NCBI GenBank assembly: GCA_002633005.1
Contig: NMRA01000636.1
Span: 109,529-173,528 of the forward strand
Source of the DNA: Phoronis australis
Taxonomy: Eukaryota; Animalia; Phoronida
Direction of reading: 5' to 3'
Length of the DNA: 64,000 bases
In this document: piece by piece, positions 12,136-24,100 of the stretch
How the letters are laid out: the number at the start of each line of letters is the position of its first letter
Numbering within the stretch: the stretch's first letter is position 1
Made by a program: the position numbers and the translations under genes
Notes under the pieces: model-generated
Database searches by the model: none
Seen by the model: the letters and a program-made list of their open reading frames with translations, nothing else
Told to the model about the DNA's origin: nothing

Positions 12136-15100
12136 CTGGAATGAAAAGTAAACAAAGGAATTGGTGCTGGCGAATGACAGGTGATGAGAACCACATTTGC
12201 GTATACCTTACAAAGGTATCTTTGTGAACACCTCAAACTAGGATTTTAATGTTCACACAACTTGCATTTACTATAACTGTGAGTTTTATCTTAATTTATT
12301 GAATGTCAAACCATTTTCCGCACTCTTGAGTTTCAGCAATAACTTCTTGTATTGCCACACGTCTAGTCCTGTTGTTTAATTCAAACAGAAGAAGTCCAAC
12401 ACTAATATGTAACACCAAAAGGAGAAAACTTTTCAAAATAATCACGGGTATTTATTCTCTGTACTTCGACCTTCCTTGGTCCTCTAAGGAGTGACTACAA
12501 TGTTAGGAAAGGAAACAGAGCCCAACAAGAAGATGTAGGTGAGAAAACAAACAACACAAAATTGACTCAGTTGGATGTCAAGCAATACATACACAAATGT
12601 GAAACTCAATAGAATGCGGTATTCTCTCGTATTACATCATGTGGTGCTGTCTGTGTTCGTCCCTTTGTATGTGTTTGTTGTTTTCGTGGTGAGCTTGCAT
12701 ACATTAAGTCACATGACTTAGGGCTTAGTTTTTAGGGCTGTCTTGGGTGTACACCTCTGGTGTGAAGATGTGTTTTTCGGAGTGTCCTGGCTTGAGTCCA
12801 GTTGTGAATTACTTGCGTGAAGTCTGACAGCTATAATTACGGTAAGTCTATCTCCTGAACTACCTGCTTGCAGGCTGCATTTACGAAAAACAATTTAAGG
12901 ATTCTAGTGTGACCAGTGTCATGGGAACCTACTAAAGGATGCTCAGTTTTAATTATTAGAACCTCCAAGATCCTAAGGCAGATTCTCACCTGTCTTCAAG
13001 GTGGGCTCTGTTGCCTTTCCTAGCATTTTAGTCATTCCTTAGAGGACCAGGGAAGGTCGAAGTACAGAGAATAAATACCTTTGATTATTTTGAAAAGTTG
13101 TCACCTTTTGGCATTATTGAGAGTTGGACATCTCCTGTTCGAATTACACAGCAGGACTAGATGTTGTGCAGCAATACAATAATTTATTGCTGAAATTTAA
13201 AGAATGCGGAAAATAGTTTAGCTTTCGATTAGACTTGAAAAAAGGCCTGTTACCAGAAGTTGATTTAATTTTGTTTAAGACCTTACCTGAATTTAACTAA
13301 GTATCTACAACACTACAGACTTTAATTAGGCAAAGTTATATATATATATCTTCTGAAAGAAGAAAGCCTGTAGAATTTGATTTTTTACTTAATACCAATA
13401 TGTCATCCATTGGGTCACGTGACCACGTTTTAAATAAAATTTAGCAAAACAGAAAGATAAATCCATAGCAAAGCAAAGGTGTCAATAACATGACCTCAAA
13501 TCACTGTTGCAGTTTTCTTAATTACCATTTCATTTTCGTTTGATGCAAATTTTGAGTTTTTCCATAAATATGAGAAGTCCCTCACGCAAAAAAGGAACAC
13601 TTTAAAAATGATTCCTAACACAGCTTTGGAGTAGTGTTTAAAGTGTCCTATTTGAACATTTTGTACAAGTTCAATCATCCATTTCTCAGATGTGAAGTTC
13701 CAACGTTAGCCAATAAGAGGGTGCATAAAAAGTACAGTGACGGAAATGCTTAGAAATGGTGGCGCCATAATAACCTCATGTTCAAATGGCGTTCAGTGAA
13801 ACACTTACACTCTAATGAGTTCCACAGCATCTTCGTACTTCATTCCTAGCTCCATTAAGGCAATAGCTACCAGTACAGGTGCCCTGAAAGCATTTAAGCG
13901 AGATTGCAATTTCCATCTTGGGCTTCATATTATAGTAAGAATGAACACTTGGTAGTCTTATTTCTGTGTCGCATTGTGGTACTACATCGCAAGACTTAAT
14001 GATTTTCAGTTTTGAAAAGATTGTCCCAGCCAGGGCTAACAATCATGATGCGACTTGCATGTGTCATTAAGAGACTAATAAGGTGCTACTGCCACTACAT
14101 ACATATCACAGCTCTTTTAATGCCAGAGTCGTTCTGGTAATCAAACACAGTAAAGTTTCAACCCTAAACTGCCAAGGAGCAAGAATAGAATATGTGGTTA
14201 GAATGTTTAACAAACCCACGCAACTTTGCCCAGCAAAATCCATCTCAAAATTCCCCAAGATGATTGCACTTAAATTTCATATTTTCATTGCGACAGAGAT
14301 CATACACAGCATCTAGAAGGAGAATATGACCGTTATTGAAGGAGTTCTCAGTCCAACTGGACTGTTTTGAGTTTTGTTTTTGGATTTTGAAGATAACAAA
14401 ATTAAGTCACTACTTTCTCCTTTAGATCACCATGATGATAAATGGAAACCCAATGAAACAGCGTGATTCTGCTGTTTATTGCGCATGCGTTGTTTCTGAG
14501 AAAAATGGTCTTACCCATTGTGCATCAGAAACATTATGTAAATGGTACTATTTGCCAATAATTATCCCAGTTCATCCCATTCAAAACACGGCACTTAATT
14601 AAAAATTTTTGAAGGCATTGTGCCATTTCAGCAAGGTAAACCACTTGCATTTCCCATGGCTTGTAATGATCAATGACAAAAAAGAGGAAAATTTCCAGGT
14701 GACATATGGCTCTACAAATAGATTTATGTGATAGAATATTTTTGTTTTGTAAAATGTCCCTAGAAGCATTTAATTTTTGCATGAAAAACGTTAGAATAAT
14801 GAAAACATGCAAAAAAAGACCAATAACTAGAAATCAAATAAGAATAAATAAACAAACAAAGAGGAAGTCCTCTTAAAAGAAGGAAATTGTAATCCCTGAT
14901 TTCAATGTCAAAAAATGTTCGAAAACCAAGTCAACCTTGCTTGAATTTGAGTACAATTTGGTCCAAATTGCAAAATCCAGATCAAAATTCTCGACCGAGT
15001 AGTGGTTATGTCAAAACCCACAAAATCTCTGTATGGTTTGACAACAAGCGAATAAGGGTACAGGAGTCTGTGCCTTGTAAGTGAAATTTCTTCCAATGAG

Positions 15101-18100
15101 GGGAAAATCCACTCCCCAGTTGCCATCACTACCACTTTACCCAGTATCTCATCTTGTGCAAATTAAAATTTAAATTTCTCAAATAACTCATGTCAAATGA
15201 AGGATCATTCATAATCAGTCATTCAAGAATATGACTGCACTAACCTGCCCAATCCAGCGACACAGTGCACAGCGACACAACACTCAGGATCCTCCTGGAA
15301 TCTGGTCTTTAACAAGTTGAACCACTCACGCAGTATGTCAGGAGGGGGCGCAGTGCCATCATCAAAAGGACAATCCTGAAAATCAACAAAGATGCATAAC
15401 GTCAGCGGGAAGTATCATGAATCACCTAATTCTGTCATCCATTCTCATCTCTGTACCAGAGGGAATAGCTGAATTGCTTTATACAGGTAGCACTGCTTGC
15501 GTTATGAAGTTAATACCCCATAGAGCCATGTAAGGAAATGATTGCTTTGAGTAACGTTTTTGGCATAGACCCTTTGGTATGGTTCACTCCTGCAGAGGGT
15601 CTATGTTCCTGATTACACAGGACAACACCATGGACCAAATGGAGTTCTTTGACATCAACTGGAATATTCATGTCTTTGAGACTTCAGTTCGTCCAAATTA
15701 GGTATGTATGTGACTTGAAACTGGACACCACAGATAATGGAATTTATTGATGTTATGGATTGCTGAGCTGGTAAAAATAACAGCAGGCTGTATGATTGTG
15801 AGAGTCAGGTGCCAGAATAACACACTATGTTTGTGAGAGTGGAGCGTAGGAATAACACACTCTGTGAGAGTCAGATGTCGGAATAATACACTCTATGTTT
15901 GTGAGAGTCGGGTGTCACTATAACATATTCTATGTGTGTGAGAGTCCAGCTTCGGAATAACACACTATATGTGTGTGAGTCCAGCTTCAGAATAAGACAC
16001 TATATGTGTGTGAGAGTCCAGCTTCGGAATAACACACTATATGTGTGTGAGAGTCCAGCTTCGGAATAACACACTATATGTGTGTGAGAGTCCAGCTTCA
16101 GAAAAACACACTATATGTGTGTGAGAGTAAAGCTTCAGAATAACACACTATATGTGTGTGAGAGTCCAGCTTCAGAATAACACACTACGGTAAAGTCGCG
16201 TGATTTTCGGACGGCCCGCCATTTTCGACCAAGAATAAATATTTCCGAAATGAGTTTTTCATAGTCCACGAAATTCGTACAAGGTCCAAAAACTGTTTTT
16301 CAAAGATCCTTGAATTTCGGACATTGTCATAAACATCGGAATTTTGTCCCGCGACTTTCGGACAAGGAAAATTTTAGAAACGGTAATTTGGGATCGACGC
16401 AACTCCCGTGTCACTAAAGCGTTCAACGGATGATTACTACTGAATAAGGCTTGAGTCCGAGAATCGGTNTAACACACTATATGTGTGTGAGAGTCCAGCT
16501 TCAGAATAACACACTATATGTGTGTGAGAGTCCAGCTTCAGAATAACACACTATATGTGTGTGAGAGTCCAGCTTCAGAATAACACACTATATGTGTGTG
16601 AGAGTCCAGCTTCAGAATAACACACTATATGTGTGTGAGAGTCCAGCTTCAGAATAACACACTATATGTGTGTGAGAGTCCAGCTTCAGAATAACACACT
16701 ATATGTGTGTGAGAGTCCAGCTTCAGAATAACACACTATATGTGTGTGAGAGTCCAGCTTCAGAATAACACACTATATGTGTGTGAGAGTCCAGCTTCAG
16801 AATAACACACTATATGTGTGTGAGAGTCCAGCTTCAGAATAACACACTATATGTGTGTGAGAGTCCAGCTTCAGAATAACACACTATATGTGTGTGAGAG
16901 TCCAGCTTCAGAATAACACACTATATGTGTGTGAGAGTCCAGCTTCAGAATAACACACTATATGTGTGTGAGAGTCCAGCTTCAGAATAACACACTATAT
17001 GTGTGTGAGAGTCCAGCTTCAGAATAACACACTATATGTGTGTGAGAGTCCAGCTTCAGAATAACACACTATATGTGTGTGAGAGTCCAGCTTCAGAATA
17101 ACACACTATATGTGTGTGAGAGTCCAGCTTCAGAATAACACACTATATGTGTGTGAGAGTCCAGCTTCAGAATAACACACTATATGTGTGTGAGAGTCCA
17201 GCTTCAGAATAACACACTATATGTGTGTGAGAGTCCAGCTTCAGAATAACACACTATATGTGTGTGAGAGTCCAGCTTCGGAATAACACACTATATGTGT
17301 GTGAGAGTCCAGCTTCAGAATAACACACTATATGTGTGTGAGAGTCCAGCTTCAGAATAACACACTATATGTGTGTGAGAGTCCAGCTTCAGAATAACAC
17401 ACTATATGTGTGTGAGAGTTGGGCATTGGAATAATGCAATGTTCCAGAAAAAAAATTTCATTGTGCAATGAATTTTCTCCATTGATGTAAATTCAGAAAG
17501 AATCATTACTGATATTTACCAATTAGAAAAAAGGTTGTAAAACGATGAGAAACTTGTAACATGTAACCTAACAGACACAATGTCCTTGCAGGTGTATTTC
17601 AAGGAAAAAGAAGAAGTCCGCTAGAGCAATATGTCTGGCATTTCTAAAACATATTTTTTTTGTCATTTCACTGCCTTTTTCACTGTCATTATCAGTAAAG
17701 GCATTTTAGTATACCGTGCCGTTACATATTTAGTTGTTGGAAATTCAAACAACACATGAGGCAAACATTACTCTTATGTCAAAACCGAAGTCGTGCCTCA
17801 CGAAGGCTACATGACACTTGTCTGATTCTTTAAACAATGGAGCTAATGAATGAGTTGAGCTCCTCACACTTGATACCATGGACAAAGAGAAGTTTAATGA
17901 TAATTGAAAGACACAACCTTGTGATTTTCAAGTTTCAACATTCAAACACCACAATCATTGATCAATAACTCTTCTGTTTTTTTCTATCTGAAGGTTGATT
18001 ACAAAGGTTCTCCTAAATACATCAAAACCTAATTTTTATTTCGGTAAAAATTTGTTCTTACATTAATTTATGACAATTGACAAAGTCTGTCACCGCACAA

Positions 18101-21100
18101 CCACAATGATGTCAACAAGAAATCTGGAAAACCCCTTTAAACTTCAGGGCCTTAACGACAAGTATGTGTACTTTTAGTCGAACATCTACAAAATGCAGTA
18201 GTACATATTTTCTGAAAATGGAAAGCCTGAAGAACTTGAGTATTGACGTTATACCAATCTCCCATTAACAGGGTCACGTGACCATGTCATTTTCATAAAA
18301 TTTAGAGAAAAGGAAAGCACAACCACAGTAACAGTAACGAGACCAAATTTCATTTGATACAAATTGTTCATATATGAAATCTCAAAAACTCTGTTACAGT
18401 TTTCTGAATTATCTCATTTTATAGAACTTCATAAGCCTACTCAAAAAAAACAAAAAGACCTGCTTCCTATAGCCCCTTCCGAAAAAGAGCCATTTTAAGA
18501 ACAATTTTTGACTGCGTTTTGAACAAGAGCAACATGGAGCGTTGAAATGTGCCCACGAATGCATCGCAAATGGTGTGCTTTTAGGGTTATTATTTGTATC
18601 ATAAAAATGGCCACTAGATGGCGCGAAAAAGTACAATCCATCCAAATACAGCTATGGATGAAAAACAAAACAGAGCTACCACTAGGAGGCGCCACAGTAG
18701 TCAGTCGCCATCATAAAATGTCCTCTTCACACTGAGAACATTTCAATTTTCAAAACCAAGGTTTGAAAACAGCAAAAATGGAAATTAAGCGGCGCAAAAT
18801 ACCTAGATTCCATTCAAAAACAGGAGAAAAGCGTCATCTCTTCAATAGATGCTTATATTCAAAATTTTATGAAAATCTGTTTTGGACCTTTGAAGAAACG
18901 GAGGAAAACGTAAAAAACTAAAATTGCCACAATAATCCTGAAAGCGGTTTGGTTGATAGACGAGAGGACGCCAAAAAACAGACTAGAAAACAGTAAAAAT
19001 GGCCACTAGGTGGCTCAAACTAGGTTGAATCTATCTGAAAATGGAGAGATGGCGTCACCTCATTAACAGATGCCGGTATGCCAAATTTTATGAAAATACA
19101 TTGAGGACCTTTGAAGATAGAGGTAAACGTAAAAAAATAAAATTGCCACTAGGTGGCACACCAGTAGTCAGATCTGTCTGATAGTCTTCATCCTGTGTAA
19201 TTAACATCATATAAATCCACTTACTAAATTTAGTAAAGACCCACAGCCATAGGCGCAAAAAAGATTGCCACTAAGAGGCGCCACAGTAGTTGAAGCCATC
19301 GCAAAACCATCGACAGCTGTCCACTTCATAGTAAGAACATACATGACAATTTTCGCAATCATCCTTTGAGCGGTTTGGTTGATGGAGGGTGACGCCAAAA
19401 AACAGACTCGAAAACAGTAAAAATGGCAACTAGGTGGCGCAAAATACCTCGAATCCATCCAAAAACGAAAGGATAGCATCACCTCATTAATAGATGCCTA
19501 TGTGCTAAATTTCATGAAAATCTGTTGAGGACCTTTCAAGATACATAGGCAAACGTAAAAAACTAAAATTGCCACCAGGGGGCACAGCAGTACTCGGGTC
19601 GGTCTGAAACTCGTCACCCTCTGTCGACAACCCCATAGGAACACATCTACAAATTTCAATAAGATCCTGCAAGGGGTTTAGGAGATACAGCCATGGATGC
19701 CAGACGCCCGGACGCCCAGACAGAGATGACGGAAATATGTACCCGCATAAAAAGAGTGCATAAAGCATAGGATCTGAAAGTTTCATATAAATCTGATCAA
19801 CCATTTCTGGAATATGATATTCCAAAGTTAGCCAGATTTGGACATTTAAATAGGGTCCTACAGAAACTTAATAAAGAGCCTATTTTGTGCAATTTACACC
19901 TTATTATGGAAACTACCATTATTAACAATTAAGTGGTCCTACAAATCAAATTTGAAGTAGAAACAGACAAGCATGGCCATAACTATGGTTCAAGGTCATA
20001 ACCCTCACATTTCTAATAACAATAAGCATAATACCCTCATTTAACCACCCTGTGACCATTAATGGTAAATCAAGGAGAGGCTACTCAGAACGTATTGCAC
20101 TCCAAACACAGACCAACAAGAAATCACTATCCTTAAAACTCGAAAAGCTACCCGATTATCGGTTATCAGACATATTTGGAAAATACCACTGATCAAAGGC
20201 TACATGTTTAAGAAACAAAAAATCATAGATTTATAAAAATTTCTGTAAATTAGCCAAAGATAAATTCCTGGAGTGTTATACGGCAAGCAACAACAGGCAT
20301 GTCTTAAGACTGGAGAGGAATCATGTTAGGAACAAATTCTTTTACTGTAATTTCTGTAACTTGTACATTTACCATAATCAAAGACAGAATTGCCAAAAAC
20401 TAAGACATGTTGTTGACGAAATGAACCAAATACCCAGACTATGTATACATAGGTGGGAGTGCTCTTAATGGAATTCAGGTTCACCATCAGAGCCATCTAT
20501 TGGTCTAATGCTATTTATATTTTTTAACGTCCTCAGAAATATGCCAGAGATATTAAATCTCTGAGAAGATGTGGCTGAAACTCATTCAAGTAACTTCTTT
20601 TTGCTGCTCTGCAACTAATCTGCTGGTACTTCCATGAACCCATAAACGGTACTGGGAATCATGACTTGGCAAAATAAATTTCGCCAAATACGTTTCTTTG
20701 CCATAAAGTTTGTTACTTGGCAAAAGAATTTTCGTCAAGTATGTTGCTCTGACGTCAAGTTTGTTACTTGGCAGTCAAGTATGTTGGTCTGAAATCAAGT
20801 TTCTTTTTTTTACTTGGTGGAATTCTAGGAATTCTGCCATGTATGTTGGTCTGACATCAAGTTTTTACTTGGCGGAATTTTTCCGCCAAGTATCTTGGTC
20901 TGACAGCAAGTTTTTTGTTCGCTCTCTACAGGTCGCAATTCTGGTCCGATTTTCACGAAATTTGCACACAACATGTTTGCCAAACTACCATTTTAGATAG
21001 AGTTTTGAACGGGCTTTCATTCTTTATTGTAGTTGATTGTCTGCTCTCTATTTGATTTCTTCGCTAGTCACATGAATGTTATCGTGTAATCGTCTTATTC

Positions 21101-24100
21101 ATAATTGCCGCCGTGATTGTCTTGATTGTCGTTGTCTCCCTCATCGTCGTCTTTTCGATTAGTTCCGCCAAGTGTCGCTCCTCCGAGCGCTCTCGTATTT
21201 TTTTTGTTTGTTCGCTCTCTACAGGTCGCAATTTTCGTCCGATTTTCACGAAATTTGCACACAACGTGTAGACCGGAACTGCTAGAACGCTATTGTTTTT
21301 GGTCATGATCGGATACAAAATGGCAGACGTGGCGGCCATTTTGTATCCGATTTCACAGTCAAATACTCGTAGAGGCCGCATTTTTCGACCTACATGGCTG
21401 AAAATCGGTACGAATATACTAGAACGCATGTGCTACAATTGTGCAGAAAAGCGTTGACTTCCGGTTAAAGATGGCGGAAATATTGGACGTGGCGCATGCG
21501 CACCCCGAAATAGGGCTAAAAACGTTTTCTCCTGTAGAGGGCGCAATTGCAAACCAATCACTTTCAAACTGGTCACGTGTTTGTTGAGTTTAATAAGCTT
21601 TTATAAAAAATTATTGAACCGGAAGTCACCTTCAAGATGGCGGCTGTGGGGCATGTTCACACGGTTTCAATCGCTCTGCTGTCGCATTTTTTATGGGAAG
21701 AGCAAATGACGTGAATTTTTGCATGTGGATTCCTTGAAGTATGGCCTTTCAAAAAGTCTGCGAGAGCGTATTTCTCAGACTTACCGTTTTCGAGTTATTT
21801 GACTTTGAATTTCAAAAAAAACCGGCAAATTTTCAATTTTCTCGAAAAATTTTTGGATTTTTGCCAAACTATCACATTAGATAGAGATTTGAACGGGCTT
21901 TCAGAGGATACTTTCCATTTTGCGCTACGACGTCTACTTTTTGAATTATTCGAGATTTTCGGATACCGTTGTCCCTATGCAACGCGCAGGTGGCTGGCTT
22001 TCAGTTCACTTTGTTTTGGTTATGCCTAGTTGACCCAGACTGACTCAGCCAGCACTGTTCTACTGTAGACTAGACCGTCATGTTGCGCCATCTATTGTTC
22101 TTTATTGTAGTTCATTATATGCTCTCTATTTGATTTCTTCGCTAGTCACATGAATGTTACCGTGTTATCCATTTTTGCCACCTTGATCGTCATGATTGTC
22201 TTCGTCTTTTCGATTAAATCCGCCAAGTGTCGCTCTTCCGAGCGCTCTAGTTTTTTTGTTTTGTTCGTTCTCTACAGGTCGCAATTTTCGTCCTAATTTT
22301 CATGAAATTTGCACACGACGTGTAGATTGGAAAGTCCTGGAAGCCTATTGTTTTTGATCATGATCGGATTCAAAATGGCGGATGTGGCGGCCATTTTGTT
22401 TCCAGATTCAGATTCAAATGTTCATAGAGGCCGCATTTTTGACGTGCAAGGCTGAAACTTGGTACGATTATTATAGAACACATGTGCTACAACTGTGCCA
22501 AAAACGTTGACCTCTGGTTAAAGATAGCGGAAATACTCACAATGCCGCATGTGCCCCTCAATATCTGGCTAATAACATTTTCTCCTGTAGAGGTCGCATT
22601 GGCGAACCAATCGTTTTCAAACTGGTCATGCGTTTGTTGCTTTTGATCAGCTTTTATAAAATTTTGTTAAACCGGAAGTTACTTTCAAGATTGCGGCTCT
22701 GGCGCATTTTCACCCATTTTCAATCGTTCTGCAGTCGCATTTTTAACGGGAAGAGCAAATGATCTGAATTTTTGCATGTGAATTCCTTGAAATATGCTCT
22801 TTCAAAAGTTCGCGATAACGTTTTTCTCAGACTTACGGTTAGTTTTTTGACTTTTGAATTTCAAAAAAAAAACAACTTCATTTTTTTCGAAAAATTTATG
22901 GAATGTTGCGAAACTATCAATTTAGATAGAGCTTAAGACAGGCTTTCAGAAGATTTGTTTCGTTTTTTGCAACGACATCTACTTTCTTAATTATTCGAGA
23001 TTTTCTCATAGCGCTGTTCCTTTGTTGACAGCTCTTGCTGCACTGATGTTGGTTTAGCTTCTGTTGAACAAGACCATGAAGACATTGCTCATGGAGGCCG
23101 CATTTTTCGACGTGCAGGGCTGAAAATTGATACGATTATTATACCAAACAAGCACTACAACTACGCCATAAATCTTTAACTTCACGTCAAATGTGGCGGA
23201 AATTTCGACAATGGCGCATGCGCACTTCGATAACTGGCCGAAAATGTTTTGTCTTGTAGAGGGTGCATTGGCGAACCAATCATTTTCAAACTGGTCACGT
23301 GTTTGTTGCTATTGATCAGCTTTTACAAAATTTTGTTTAACCAGAAGTCACTTTCAATATGGCGGCTCTGGCACATTTTCACCCATTTTCAATCGTTCTG
23401 CAGTCGCATTTTTAACGGAAAGAGAAAATGACGTGAATTTTTGCATGTGGATTCCTTGAAGTATGCTCTTTCAAAACTTCTGCGAAAACGTTTTTCTCAG
23501 ACTTATCGTTTTCGAGTTATTTAACTTTGAATTTCAAAAAAATGCAAAATATCAATTTTTTCGAAAAATTCATGGAATGTTGCAAACCTGACAGGTTACA
23601 TAGTTTTGAATGGACTTTCAGAAGATATTTTCAATTTATCGCTAGGACGTGTACTTTTTGAATTATTCTCGAGTTTCTGAAAACGCTGTTCCAAGTGTCG
23701 CTCAAGACTGTAGCCTATTAACTGATTTCTCGCATCTTCTCTAGTCACATGAGTGTCATAGTGTTGCTCATAATCGCCACCTTTATCATCACAATCATCA
23801 TCGTCGTTAATTTCGCCTAGTGTCGCTCAAGATTGTAGGTAGCAATGAACTGTCAGGTCTCGGCCAAGGGGCATTTTCTAGTGCCTACAATTCATATACA
23901 GGGCGTATGTCAGGTTTGGCTCGTTGTTAGAGTAATTTGTTGAAAACACATGCCAGGAAACTGACTTACTTGTGTTTTTGAATGAGAAAAGCCAAGTTTT
24001 TACCTACTTTTGATGCACACCGGTGGCTGTCATTTCCTATCAACCTCTGTCGTCTGCCATCCAAGAAACCGGGCACTTGAACAAGACTGCAGCCTATTTC

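Noticed and set aside
16470-17418. CRISPR-like regular repeat with a palindromic unit
   Set aside because: Units are head-to-tail with no unique spacers, no cas genes, eukaryotic intron context: a minisatellite.
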